Shown piece after piece: positions 10,186 through 22,978 of a stretch of DNA of 64,000 bases. The DNA is taken from the NCBI GenBank assembly GCA_000002445.1, contig CP000071.1:1056001-1120000 (forward strand), given 5' to 3'. The notes under the pieces were generated by a model. It worked only from the letters and a program-made list of their open reading frames with translations. It was not told where the DNA came from and made no database searches. The DNA is from Trypanosoma brucei (Eukaryota). Position 1 is the first letter of the stretch. The number at the start of each line of letters is the position of its first letter. The translations under genes were made by a program, and so were the position numbers.

Positions 10186-12930
10186 TGCTTATCACGGTGA
10201 TGTTCCCCTCCTCTTCCCACAACCTAGTTCAACCTTTTCTTCTATTCTTTCCTTCACTCTATCCGACTCTTCTTTCTTCTTCTGTTTCAAAAAATACCTT
10301 TTTTTCTTACCCTTTAGCTTCTCCTCTTTTTGAAAAATGGGAAAATTAATAATTGTCCTTTATTTTTTTCTTCCCTCCGTCTCCGTTTCCTCCTCCTCCT
10401 TGGCTCGAAGTGTAACGCTTCCCCAAGCAGAAATAAGGCACCACAGTGTATAGAAGCAAACCGACAGCAAAATAAATAATAATAATGGTAATGATGATAA
10501 TGGCACGGCGGTTACCTTCTTCTATGTGCCTTTATTATCAGTTATTATTATTGTCGCGGTTGATGATGATGACGACGGTGATGTTATTATTTTTTTGTTC
10601 ACTCCCTTTTTGCTTGGGTTGTTGGCCCTCAGGATGTATGAGGAACGCAATCTAACTGTATGAAGATGCGAGTTTTTCGTGCCTTCGAAGCACTTCCTTC
10701 CTTTCTTCTCTGTTTTGCTTTCTCCTCAAGGTTGGCGATAATACTCTCCCTCTTTTTGTTTCTCTTTCCTCTCAAAATTTTTTGTAATGTGTCGGTACGT
10801 ACACGCTCACTATCTAAATCTTTATGGTGTGCGCTGCTACCGGCACCAATGACTTTGTATAAATATATACAAATAAATAAATATAAATATAAATATAAAT
10901 ATATATATGTGTACGCCTGTTTCTGTTTCTTAAGTTGTTGAAGGCCCTATGGTGAAGTCCTTTTTACACTCCCAATTTCTTACTCTTTTCCCTTTTTTTT
11001 CCCCCCTCCCTCTTAAAGGCCTCCTCTTCACTTTCCTTTTCCCCCCTTTCTTCTATTTTTTCGCCTGTAGCCCCTACCGCTACCCCTTCCGTGTTATTAT
11101 TTTCCGGCTTTGTTGAACTGCTCCGGTAGCCGCTTACTTAAGTGACGTCTTCCTTTTTCTTTTACTTTTACTTTTTTACTTTTTCTTCTTCACTTTCCCC
11201 TGCCCACTCCTTTTTCCTCGTGTAAATATAAATATTTCTTTGTTATTTTATTTTCCCCACCCCCTTTCCTTCTCTAATGATTTATACGGTGGTATCACTT
11301 TATTTTATTTTCTTCAGTCCTTTTGGTCACCGACTCACCGGGTTGCAGTCGCCAGCCAAACGTCACTCCGTTTCAGCTGTCTAATTTGCAGCAAACCAAT
11401 CAATCAACCCGTTAATTTTAGGGCAGTACCCGTTAAAAATTAAAAAAAAACCCTTTCCCCGTCACTTAGTTTGTAAGGCCGCCGTGATGGAGGACGGAGA
11501 GGGTTGCGTTGGCTTCTTTAAAACTCTTTTCTTTTTCTTTTTTTTGTTTTGTTTTATATTGCTATTTTTGTTTTAAAGTAGGGGTAAAAAAGAAAAAAAA
11601 GAGAAATGAGGGATACGTGTGAAGGGAACGAAAGAAAAGAAAAAGAAAAAAATTAAGAAGAATAGAGAAAAAGAAAAAGGGGTAAAACTAAAAGACTTTT
11701 GCTTTTTGTATTTCCTTCTTTCTTTTTATTCTCCTTTCCTTTACGCTATACATAAAACAATAAAAACAACAACAACAGCAACAATAAAAAGAAAAGGAGG
11801 TAAGAGAAGAGAGGAAATAGATGATAACCGGATATCAAAGTTTCAATTCGCAAGAGGAACAGAAGGAAGCATAAATACATATATATTCACACACACACAC
11901 ACGGAGAGAGAGAAAGAGAAAGGAGGTGGTGACACAAAATTCAACATAAGGGAAGCACAAATGAAGAAATTAAGTTACTTCGTGGCCAATGGTTGGTGAG
12001 GGAGAAAATGGTGGAATCGTTACGCTTTGGGATGAAAACAGACAAAACAAGGCAGAAAACAAAAAAAAAGGAGATGGAGCGGCGAAGGGTCAAATAAACA
12101 CACAAACACAAGCAACAAAAAAAAAAAAAGAATAAATAAGTAAATGAAAAGAAAAGGACGGAAGAAAAGGAAAATCACACAGTGATATTCCCACAACATT
12201 TGCCCCTCCTTTTCATTCCCCTATCCTTTCCCATAAGCACCGTGGCACATTTATGAATGCATCCATATCTATTTAATGCTCCTTTGCATAACTCCAACAT
12301 CTTCTCACCATTGGGATTATATTTCCTTTCCTTTTCCCTTTCCCTTTCCATTCCCCACATTTTTTCAAAATTTCCCCTTCTTTCCTGGCCTTTAGGCTTG
12401 CGCGCCTTCTTTTTTTTTTTCCCCCTTTTAACTCTCTCTCTCTCCATCTATGAATGCACTTCCTCCTCCATTCCCCTTTCTCTCCTTCACGCTAAATAAT
12501 AAACTGTCAAACAGTTATCAAAAAGTACCCGCAGCAGCACCAGCACGGGCAAAGGGAGAAGAACTATAGTGAACAACCTTCAACATGAACAGGTAAGAGA
12601 TGGAGGCAAGCCTGCAGAAGAAAAAAAAATAAACCAAGAAGGAAATACGCGCCGTGGGTGAGTACAGCCAAACCCATCCATAAGCATAAGATGTTTTTTT
12701 TTTAAAAAAATGTGTCACTACATATACGTATGTATATGTATCTCTATGCTAGTAAATATGAGCGTGAGTGGGAGGGATAAACCAAGAGGGAGAGGCGGCA
12801 AGAGCCAGCAGTCACTGATAACGGGAGATTCTAAACGGACTTTAAAGTACCTCTATTTGCGTTTCGTGCAGATAAAATAGAACTCTCTAAAGGAATGAGT
12901 CATATCGTCTTTTTCGCTCATCGCTCTCGG

Positions 12931-15717
12931 TTATTCTTCCACTTCCCCTTCATACTCCCCATCACCCTCTAGTGCCTCTTCATCACCCTCTGTTCCATCA
13001 TCCTCAATCTCATTATCCAGTTCCTCCTCTTCTAGAACCGTGTAAAACTCCTTCGCTCTTGGACACGCATGGACGGAGGCATTGTTGAAGTCCAACAATC
13101 GGATATTATCCAGCCGTGTGCTACGACTAAGAGCCACATACGCCTGACCAGGAGAAAAGAAGCGATGGATTGCCACTTCCACGTGCGAAATTGTCAAACC
13201 TTGCGCCTTGTGAACCGTCATTGCCCATGCTTGGCGCAGGGGAAGTTGTGTACGCGTGGCAACGGGTTGATCCCCCATGTACCACTGATGCGAACTGGGT
13301 GATATGAAGGCGTAGACATGCTTTGGGAGACGTTTACTACCATTTGCGAACCCGCCATCTTCAACCGCACCACTGTCGGAGGATGTGTGGTTTCCCTCCC
13401 GTAGGTCCAACCTAACAATAGGTAAGCGCGTGAGACGAACGTGTTGCGGTGCAATGCCTCCCAAATACATCTCTAGGGGATGCACGGCATTCGCAGACTC
13501 AGTTTTGCCAAGACCAACAAGACGCAAGATGTCTCGGCAATGTGTGTTTCCATATACGCAGCCATAACTTGCGTCTTCAGGGCGGCGAATACCACGCTCA
13601 CGCAGGTAATAGAAAAGAGACTGACCAAGGGCGGTGTCGACACAGCGGAACGCATCTTGTAATGTAGGCAACCCTGCGCGCTCCAACAATTCTTGTCCAC
13701 GGGCCGAGGGGAAATGGCGTTCACGCGGAGCCCGAAGAACAAGTTCAACAAGCTCAAGCGGATGGAGAAAACCGACCACCTCACCAACGGACCCATTGAC
13801 TAGACCAAGTCGAAGCGAAATGTTCTGAAGTACCATCACTCGCGTACCAACCTTTAGTGCAAGATCTGTTGGAAGTGTGCTGTCCTCAAACCGTACCCAA
13901 GGTTGCGATGGTTGTGTACCTGTAGTTGTCTCTTCAGTCGTTTCAGGTTCAGTTTCATGAGTGCTGTAGGCATCATAAGCTCGGTACACTTGAAGGGGAC
14001 GCATTGTGTCTTCCTCCGTCACAGAATTAGCACCATTACTGCTGCCAGTCTGTTGTGAGGAACCGTCGTTTGGTGATGGATAAATTGGAAGGCCCTTGGG
14101 TTCGAGCGCGGCAAAATACTTTGCATTACGCATTTCCACCTCCTTGTTTGTTGCGCAGAGTCGCACGTGCCGATCTTTCTCTGCCGCTGCTGGCGTTGTC
14201 TCTGCGTCGGTAAGTGGTAGCACACCATCATTTCCGGCATCCTCATCCTTCTTTTTGCGTGACTTCGCGCTGGATTTCGAAGCAACAGTACGAGATAACA
14301 ATAGTTCGTATGACTCAGGTGACAGTGATCCGACTCGAAGCTCGTCAAGGACCTGCTGAAACGCCAAATCATCGTGCTGCCTGAATTTCTTATGAAGAAT
14401 GACGGTTATTAGATTCAACGAGGTCCATGTACTCGTCTCAAAGCAGTACTGTAGTTTGGACGGCGCCGGTGTCCCATCAGTTGGATCACCACCTTCTTGC
14501 GCTTCGGCATTTTCCTCCGTCTTTTGTTGTGGCTTATTGCGCGGTGGAATAGGCGGTAACTGCAGGAAGTCCCCACATAGAATTACCTGAATACCACCGA
14601 ATGGTTCATTACGACGGCGTATAGCGCGTGCAATCACATCTAACTTATCAAGTAGCAGGGGATCCATCATTGAAATCTCGTCGATGATGAGTGTTTGGCA
14701 GTAACGCCATCGACCAGCCGCACGCCTACTGCGGCGAACCCACTTTAATAACTGACGCGCATCCCCATCTCCAAACTTCACGCCGGCAAAACTATTCACA
14801 GTTGAGCCGCGAACATTGAGAGCGGCTACTCCAGTAGTTGCCGTCACATATACGCAGCGGCGTTTGTTGTGCCGAAGTTGGTAAACGATCTCGCGGATGA
14901 GAAGTGACTTTCCAGAGCCTGCCCCACCCGTTATGAATAAGTTGCGCCCCTTTAATGCAAGCCTTAGTGCGCGCTGTTGCTCTGGACTGAGTGATGTTAA
15001 AATGGGAAGTTGGCTATCAGCGTCAGCATCACTGAAGTGGGTTTGTCCCTCGCTAGCCCCCTCTGCTTTTCCCTGAGCCGATATCTTCGCCTCAGTACCC
15101 ACCGGTTGTGTGCGTTCAGCAACCCCTAACTTCGAGAGATATTCTTTATCATCCGTTACTTCAGTAGGTTCAGCGGCTGCTTTTGCTCGGAGGCGCTTCT
15201 TTTTCTCCTCCTCGCGCCGCAGAGCTTCCTCCTTCAACAGCTGCATCAGTTGCTTACTTTCCTCATCCACAAGTTTCTCATCGTCATCATCATCTATGGC
15301 AACGTCAGAAGCACCTCCTTTTCCCGGAGCACTTCCTTCTATACCATTGGCTCTTCTTGCAGTGTTAAACGCACTCGCTCCCACGGTTCGACCACTTCGC
15401 CGCTGCTTCGATTTGGTTACGGCAGCAGCTTTTGTTTTTCCACCTCCGACTTTCCGTCGCCTCGTCATGTGTTCCTCAGAAATCCGCGGCGGCTCAAGTG
15501 GCGGTGGTGGGGAGTCGATTTTAATGGCCGCTCGCCCGCGTTTCTCCACCGGTTCCGCCTTTGCAGTGCGGGAGCGGGCCGCAATGCCACTCACCAGCGG
15601 CGGTTCATTTGGTTGAGTGCTGCGGTTGAGGCGATTGCCGCATGTGGTGAAGTCAACGCGTTGAATCCGCAGTGCCACACGTGAGGGACGCCATACGGCG
15701 CTTAGACGGGAGAGCAT
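12931..15717 (-). CDS. PIF5: PIF1-family 5'-3' DNA helicase with N-terminal mitochondrial presequence and about 230-aa basic low-complexity extension (928 aa); I recall this as PIF5-like
   Basis: Walker A LFITGGAGSGKSLLIREIV. PIF1 signature blocks: RLCATNKEVEMRNAKYF, VMVLQNISLRLGLVNGSVGEVVGF, and C-terminal MTVHKAQGLTISHVEVAI. The N-terminus MLSRLSAVWRPSRVALRIQR is an Arg-rich amphipathic presequence. The acidic C-terminal tail is EEEELDNEIEDDGTEGDEE. The PIF5 name is from memory of kinetoplastid PIF1 paralogues, not from a search. Confidence 0.85.
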   Translation of the reverse strand: MLSRLSAVWRPSRVALRIQRVDFTTCGNRLNRSTQPNEPPLVSGIAARSRTAKAEPVEKRGRAAIKIDSPPPPLEPPRISEEHMTRRRKVGGGKTKAAAVTKSKQRRSGRTVGASAFNTARRANGIEGSAPGKGGASDVAIDDDDDEKLVDEESKQLMQLLKEEALRREEEKKKRLRAKAAAEPTEVTDDKEYLSKLGVAERTQPVGTEAKISAQGKAEGASEGQTHFSDADADSQLPILTSLSPEQQRALRLALKGRNLFITGGAGSGKSLLIREIVYQLRHNKRRCVYVTATTGVAALNVRGSTVNSFAGVKFGDGDARQLLKWVRRSRRAAGRWRYCQTLIIDEISMMDPLLLDKLDVIARAIRRRNEPFGGIQVILCGDFLQLPPIPPRNKPQQKTEENAEAQEGGDPTDGTPAPSKLQYCFETSTWTSLNLITVILHKKFRQHDDLAFQQVLDELRVGSLSPESYELLLSRTVASKSSAKSRKKKDEDAGNDGVLPLTDAETTPAAAEKDRHVRLCATNKEVEMRNAKYFAALEPKGLPIYPSPNDGSSQQTGSSNGANSVTEEDTMRPLQVYRAYDAYSTHETEPETTEETTTGTQPSQPWVRFEDSTLPTDLALKVGTRVMVLQNISLRLGLVNGSVGEVVGFLHPLELVELVLRAPRERHFPSARGQELLERAGLPTLQDAFRCVDTALGQSLFYYLRERGIRRPEDASYGCVYGNTHCRDILRLVGLGKTESANAVHPLEMYLGGIAPQHVRLTRLPIVRLDLREGNHTSSDSGAVEDGGFANGSKRLPKHVYAFISPSSHQWYMGDQPVATRTQLPLRQAWAMTVHKAQGLTISHVEVAIHRFFSPGQAYVALSRSTRLDNIRLLDFNNASVHACPRAKEFYTVLEEEELDNEIEDDGTEGDEEALEGDGEYEGEVEE

Positions 15718-18320
15718 TTGCGTGTTTATTTAAAAACAACAAAAATTCAAATAGTTGATTCAGAAGTAGCCTAAAATTATTATTATTTTTTTTAAAAAAG
15801 AAAACAACGACAACCCCACCAACGGAAACAATGCGTGAGATCGGTGGAAGGACCAACGAGTAAAAAGGGGAAAAGTGTCAACAGTTTTGCGCCCTACCTA
15901 CGCGTAGCGGTTATGATCAGGCTGCCTTTGTGTGACGTGTTACTGCGTTATCACTGCTTATTGTTGTTCCTTTGGTTAGTGCAAAAAAGTAAAAGAAAAA
16001 GAAAAAGAGAAATTACCGTTGAAAAGTGCACACATACCAAGAGAGAGATGAGCCGTGCAGGTGCAGAAAGGTTCAACATTACAGAAGTATCAAATCATAA
16101 TATTTGTAGTTATACTTCACCCACCGTTATCTTCAATCATTCCCATGTTCCATTTCTCCACCAGCTCACGTCCTCTCTTCAGTTCTTTTCTGCGCTCCCC
16201 ATTCTTTTTTTCTTTTTTGGTTTTATTGAGGAAAGGAGGAATGGATGCGGTGATGCAATGACGAGCCGGTGGCGTCACAAACTGAAATCATTGCAACGCA
16301 CATGCACAGAGAAACACACACACGAAAAAAAAAGAAAAAAGGAGCCGAGAGAAAGAAATGAATGACCGAAAGCTGATGGGAGCGTCGAAGAAAAGAAAAA
16401 AAAGAAAGCTATACAAAAGGGGGAAAAAAAAACAAGAAACATAGGGGAACGAAAAAGAAGAAACCAGACTGGGGTTGCAGAAGCCGAATAAGGGGGAAAA
16501 AGAATAATGGGGAATTAGAGGAAGAGGATCCGGTACGCGGCAAGACAGAGGCCACATACAAAACGGAATCAAACGCCGTTAAATTAAAGAAGCAGAGAGA
16601 GAGAGGTAAAGAGAAAACAAAACAGACGAAAAAAAAAAAGAAAAGAAGAAAGGGGTTACGGCGGAACAACTCCACCAGAGTTGACGCTGTTTTCTCGATA
16701 TTGCTTTCCCCATCATAAATCCTCATTGATGCTTTTCTTTACTTCTTTCGCTTCATTTCGTGTCTTCTATTTTTTTCCCCCCCCCCCTCCTCTCTCCATC
16801 AGTGACGCGTATAAATATGTATGTATACAAAAAATATAAACATACATGAAATGAAACAGACAGCCAACTAAGAAAAATCTGTTTTAATGCTGCCGTAGAC
16901 AAGCGCACACGCGACACCCAAACGGGGAAGAAAAAAAAAAAAGAGAAATGGAGAAACCTTCATTAAAAGTTTCGCTGAGGGCGAAGCAGTGGATGATAAG
17001 ACGAGGACACAAACACAAAAACACACAAGAAGGGGGGGGGGGAAAAAAAGGAGAACTAAAAGAAGACACAACATTAAATATTTTAAATATATACAAATAC
17101 ACCAAATAACCGGATCCTTCACCACTCCCAATGTGACGAGAGGAAGAAAATGCAGAGTTGGGTGAAAACAGATATAAAAAGAAACAAAAACAAAAACAAG
17201 AAACGAAGCTGATGAGTACATAAAGATACAAAAAGTAAAAAAGAAAAAAAAAGAAAAAGAGGGAAAGGGAGAGAGAAGCGGTACTTGTGCAAAACAACAA
17301 CAACATCAACAAAACACACACACACACACACAAAAGGAAGCAAAAAAACAAAAAAACAAACTCCCCCAATAAAATAGCAACAATCCGAACTTGGCGTAAA
17401 AAACAAAAAAAACGCCAGAGACAAGATGGCTACGAAATATACGCCCCAAAACCGCATGCATATTGACATAAACTTCCCTCCCTCACCATCCATTAAAAAA
17501 AAAAACCCCTTCTTCAAACTGTAATTGCTCGTCACGTTAATAACATCAAAGGAGAGGAAAGAAAGCGGAGGGGGAATGCACCATGAGGAAGCAGATGCAC
17601 ACCAATGCATAAATAAAATTAACATAAAATATACCGCAAAAAATGCTGCAAATATAAAATTTGTGATGCATGAACGCGTATATGATATCTCTTCTCTATT
17701 GTTTTCTCATATCTCTCCGCCATCATTCGTCCACACTCCCATCACATAATGCCAAACGGAAGTTACGATAGCAATAACAAAAATGATAGTGAGAAGGAAA
17801 GAAGAGTAAAGTTTTTTTTCTTTTAAACAAAACAAAACAAAATGTATTGTTGCACCCGTTTTCTCTCCCCCTTTTATTTACCTTTTTTTTTTCACACCAC
17901 ATTTTTTTTTCCTCGAACCCGATGGCACAATCCGTGAATTCAATTTCAGCGAATATCTCTACAATTTTTTTCTGTTTACTGATCCGATTGGTATTACGCT
18001 ACAGCTTTTAAAGCTATTTATATTAGTTTCGGTTTCCTTTCCTTTCTTTTTTTTTTTTCATTACTTATTTCTTATTTCCACCTTTCCTGTTCACACATGT
18101 TCCCTGCCATCCCCAAATTATCAAATAAAACAATACGAAAAAAACAAACAAACAAACAAAAAGTACGGCGGGACAGCAGGGATTGCAGTAAAATGGAGGG
18201 TGGCGGGGACTGATGGCGTTTGAATTAAGTCCCCACTTCCGACTTAATCATGACTGTACAACGTAATTTTTTTTTTCCTTTAGAGAAAGAGACGAAGCAG
18301 CGAGAAGACGAGAAGGAAAA

Positions 18321-18345
18321 ACACACACACACACACACACACACA
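18321..18345. repeat. (AC)12 microsatellite followed 50 nt later by (TA)11 at 18394..18415
   Basis: Read directly from the sequence. The same spacer holds another (AC)n at 17318..17333. Confidence 0.95.
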
Positions 18346-18848
18346 GGGCAAAAACAGAGCAGTAATGAGATACATGATACAACATAACAAAATTATATAT
18401 ATATATATATATATAATTACTTATTTACCTATATATACCGATATCTATAAATGTGTGGTATATATATGTATACAAGTATATACGAAAAATAAAAATAAAA
18501 ACAAAAACAAATCAACAGGAATCCCTAAAAAAAACCCATCTGCTTCTCCTACCTTTCCTCTTCGTACAATACACAAACAACACACAATGCATCAACGTAC
18601 ACAATTTAAGCAAAAACTTTCCGCACTTCCATCAGTGTAATATATATTGCCATTACTGGTATTTTTGTTTATTTTCAGTCCCTTACACACAGTATTGTTT
18701 CTATCTCCTTTCACTTTTACTTACTTTCTTGCTGTACATGAATCGATTTATGAGCATGTTCGCTTGTATGTATGGACGTGTGGAGATAACAAAGCATGGT
18801 AGGAAGCAATTTCGGAATACGAACCATATTGTCAGAAACCTTTCTTCC

Positions 18849-18874
18849 ATATATATATATATATATATATATAT
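18849..18874. repeat. (AT)13 microsatellite
   Basis: Perfect 26-nt run in the 3.4-kb gene-free spacer. Confidence 0.95.
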
Positions 18875-19176
18875 GTCTCCTACCACTGTTTTCTTTTCTC
18901 ATTTTAACCGACACGCTCGACATCTTTCTTTTTCCCCCTTCTACTGTCTTGACCAGTTGTTGTTCACGTATCATTTTTCATATATATTTATTTTTCATGA
19001 TGATAAAAGTAAGTGTGTACTGCTGTGGTGATAGTGGTGGTAGTGTGGGGCGGGTGGATGGTAGCCGGAGAGCATAATGAAGGTGAATCCACGAACAGAG
19101 CAATCTGTTAGCAGGCAAAACAGCGGTTCGCAAAGGGGGAAAAATATTAGTAACAACAACACCAACAACAACTGCA

Positions 19177-19923
19177 TTACGGTATAAACACACGAGTTGT
19201 TTTTCTGTATGGTTGGTTACAGTAGGGGCATGCCTTCTTTTGTAATTGACGGAGGCAACCATCACATGTGCAAAGGTGACGGCAGGGTAGAAACAGTACA
19301 AGGGACTGCCTCTCTAAACAAATGCAACACTGTCCGTTGTTAGTTTCCTGAGCCCTGTTAGAAACATATGAGGCTGGAGCCATGGTGGATATATTTGGAA
19401 AACGATCAGAATTTGTTTGCCCAGCGTGTGGCGGGGCCGTATGAGCCGCCTGCTCATTTTCTGCGTCGCGCTGAGCCACGTGGTATTCCTGACGTATGTA
19501 ATTATTGGTGTTTCCACGTGGGCTGGTAAACGGTGGTGGTAGCACTAAACGAATGTCGCTCTGTTGATGACCATCATTCTGCTGTTGACGCTGCTGAGGA
19601 CGCGGTGATGTGAGAGGCGGTAAAACCTCCTGCACCGCCAGTTCACCCCTGAAACTTCTACGCCAGCGCAGTTGCGGTTGCGGTTGCCGATTCTGGTGCC
19701 TATTGTCCGGGTGACGTGCCGTATGGGGCATTTCTGATGAATTCGGTTGGAAGAGCAAATGACCCCCCAAGAAGACGGGTTGGATGCCTGTTGTTATTTT
19801 AAGCAACTGCAAGCGATGCCGCCTGTTGGAGGAAAAAAGCGTTCTACCATTACCACCACCAGCTGGAAGGACAAGATTCGTGGTCATGAGAAAGTTGCGG
19901 AATGTTATATCCACACTAAACAC
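19177..19923 (-). CDS. C-terminal C3HC4 RING-finger protein (putative E3 ubiquitin ligase), Q/P/R-rich N-terminal region, up to 248 aa
   Basis: C-terminal CCICLERQSLVLFLPCRHLCTCDGCLRQLQKKACPYCNQ is a RING-HC with the spacing C-x2-C-x(9-39)-C-x(1-3)-H-x(2-3)-C-x2-C-x(4-48)-C-x2-C. The N-terminal half is low-complexity (PQQRQQQNDGHQQ), so the start codon is uncertain. Confidence 0.65.
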   Translation of the reverse strand: MFSVDITFRNFLMTTNLVLPAGGGNGRTLFSSNRRHRLQLLKITTGIQPVFLGGHLLFQPNSSEMPHTARHPDNRHQNRQPQPQLRWRRSFRGELAVQEVLPPLTSPRPQQRQQQNDGHQQSDIRLVLPPPFTSPRGNTNNYIRQEYHVAQRDAENEQAAHTAPPHAGQTNSDRFPNISTMAPASYVSNRAQETNNGQCCICLERQSLVLFLPCRHLCTCDGCLRQLQKKACPYCNQPYRKTTRVFIP

Positions 19924-20640
19924 CTATACTAACGGTGGGGGCGATTTCACCCTCCAGTTATAATAAAGTTGGGGCTTATGTGGGAACACCCTTTAAAAAT
20001 GATTCAAAGTAGGGCCAAGCATTTTGGAGAAGAGAAGATAACATGTTTGTTATGAGCAAACGAACACTGTACAACAATCCTCAGCAGAGTAACTTTACAC
20101 TGTAACTCCCTCTTTCCCTTTCTTTCCCAACACAGCTGAGACACGATAGCTTAGACTAAGGCGATATATTTGTGTGAGGAGCGCGCGACAGAGAGGGGGA
20201 ATGGAAACTGGGTGCCGTTGCACTCGCTTCATGTGAACCTGCAACTTTACCTGCAGCAGAGAGATGCGGCCCTTCGTTGAAGCTATTATCACCTATTCAC
20301 CGAGAGGCACCCACCTATTCATTCTGGAGATTCTCTCATAGGAACACAAATTACAACAAAAGGCGAGCATATCCGAGCGTCGTCCCCCAATTTTTCCTCA
20401 TACCAAACTACTGTTTTTTTTTTTTCAACGTTTTAATTCTTTCCACACCCCTTATTCCTTTTGGCAGTCCTAAACCCGAGGGTTAACCGTTACAGAACCA
20501 TTGCTCCACCCACCGATAGACACGACATTCATCTCTGCATGTCAATTGATACCACGAGAAGCGCTGCGAAGCATATTCACAGCAGCCCCTCCCCCTCCAA
20601 ATCGGCAGCAACTACAGCAGCAGTAATACTGAATCAGTTC

Positions 20641-22110
20641 TCATTGCAAGCTGTGTAACATCGGTGCGCGTTTCAGCCGTGCAGCAACCTCCTCCTGTTG
20701 CCGCGCACGGTGCACGCGCTGTTCAAACGACTTGACCGTGGAAAGAAAATTTGGAAGCTCACGCACTGCGACGTCGGCTCTGTCGCGGTGAAGGAAGAGA
20801 TGGGACTGAATTTGCGCTACACTCAGTTTGCCAGGCAGCAGCTGCAAGGCGAACGCTTCGTGGAGAGACTCCGGTGCCTCGGGAAAGAATTTACAAAATA
20901 GTTTCCGTGCTTGCTCACGCGATATCAGACCAATTTCGACCTTCAAATCACAGCGACCGGGCCGGATGAGGGCTTCATCCAGTCGCTCCACGTGATTTGT
21001 TGTCATAAACACGATTCGACCTTCCTGAGCGGCGACACCATCGAGTGCGTTGAGCAGTCCACTCATCGTAATGTGACTATCGGCGCTAAATGCCCGATCA
21101 ATGTCTTCCAGTAGCACAATAGAGCGGATTGGGGCGGTGTTAAGCAACTGGACGAGTGTGTCGTCGCTCAATCCGCGGCCAGAGAGACTCAAGGGACAAA
21201 TGGAAAGTCGTAACTCGCCAGCAAGCGCCATCACCACGCTGCTCTTGCCGCAACCAGGAGGACCGTGAAGCAGGTAACCGCGGCGATACGGAACGCCTAA
21301 ATCTTCATAATACCTGCTTGACTGAAGAAACAGTTTCGCATCCTCCAAAAGCATGTCCCCAATCCCATCATTAAGCACTACAGAATTCAGCGGGCGCCGA
21401 CGGCGTGGCTCTTGCCGCACCCAACGACCACCAGCGTTCTGATAAATGACCGTATGATCGCTGTTTCGCATGGAGGTGAGCTCCCGCGCCTCCTCGAGAA
21501 TCTCACGCATAAAAGTCGAGGATAGACCCAATGTAGTCAGTTCCATTGTCTCAAGAACGTCAGTGCCCATTGCCTGGGTTTCCACACGGCGCCGTTGCAG
21601 TACAATTGGTCGGTGTTTGTACCAGAACCAGTGCCGAATGTTGGTACAGGGGGCATACATACACTCATGCGATGACTCGTCGTTGGAGTATATGGTGGTG
21701 TTGCGCGTGGTGACGTTCACCTGTTGAACCTGGAACGCGGGCTTGCTCGAGAGCCACCGCACCATCCACCCGTAGCTTTCGTCCTGACTTGTCACCTCCA
21801 TTGAAATGACGAACCGCCGGCGCATGACGGATTTGAACATTGTGGACACTGAACGTGTGGCGGCACCAGTGAATGTCAGCAAATAAAGCCCGACGCCCGC
21901 ACTAAAAAACGGATTTTGCAGCAGGTTCCCCAATGTTCGACTAAGGACGCCACCTTCCCCCCTCCAGCGCTCCGGTACAAGAGCGGCAAGTTCAGCTAAT
22001 GCCACATCGGCACTCACTGCGGTGGAGGAGGAAGAACCGCACACGGCGGGGTTACTTCCATCGGCGAGAGCAGCAAGATTCATAGCGAGACGACAGCAGA
22101 TACAACGCAA
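20641..22110 (-). CDS. BCS1: BCS1-like mitochondrial AAA ATPase (489 aa)
   Basis: Walker A [12 protein letters not shown]. The BCS1-specific block [31 protein letters not shown] is very close to BCS1L [26 protein letters not shown]. The N-terminal BCS1_N-like region carries a single TM segment ([16 protein letters not shown]). Confidence 0.9.
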   Translation of the reverse strand: [489 protein letters not shown]

Positions 22111-22978
22111 GGCTTACAATTTGAGGGAAGGTAAGCTGCGCGCCCCGAGGGAACTTTCAATTTGGTCAGCAAATGATGTGCAACGCCGGTTTGCTTCGAC
22201 TCGTTGCGCCCTTCAAAGAGAAGTGCTGTTGCCGCCTCTCGGCGAGCTAATTGTCTCCTTCCTTTAATGTACGAAAGCAAAATACAAAGAAAACAACAGA
22301 AACGAGAAAATATCGCGGTTTGAGTACGGGAATAAGCTGCGGTAAAACACATATCCCACCCTGTCACATACGTGGCGTCGCTGCAGTGTCTCGTTTATGT
22401 GTGCCGTGTGGTAATGAAAGTAGAGGTAGTAACAGTGGTACATGCGCGTTACCCCTCTTTATATCCCTCCCTCCTTCCTTCCCGACGTCTCACACTCACA
22501 AACCATGTGTGGATGCAAAAACGTTTCGGGCGAGTTGCGAAGCGCTCCCTTCATTCCTTTTTTTAAAAATTATTCATGCATATACCCTGGTGGAAAATAT
22601 ACCATGTGATTTTGCGATTGGTGACACGAACAGCGAGAATACAAATAATGTGGGGTAACCCTCAACGGATCTTATACGATGAATTGGTACAAAAATACCT
22701 GTACATTATGAGTGTGTGTAACGGTAGAAAGCAGATGAATAGAATACACGGTACAGCAAAAGAAATATACATTGAAAAAGGTCTCCCTTTCATTTCTCAA
22801 TACAATAAATTAAAATAGCCTAGTTGCTTACTGCATTGCATTGACGACGCCCTTCCGAAAATACACCTACAGAGAAGCTCACAGCGAACTTCAGCATCAC
22901 CTGCCAATGCTGAGAGGGATGCCGACGCTACGAGAAGATTCGCACTAATACTCCATCGTCCTCCATTTCCCTCGCCAG

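Noticed and set aside
15110-15616. 168-aa plus-strand ORF and its neighbours at 15183..15684
   Set aside because: Antisense to the N-terminal basic extension of the PIF1-family helicase. Ser/Ala-rich mirror of the sense low-complexity region.
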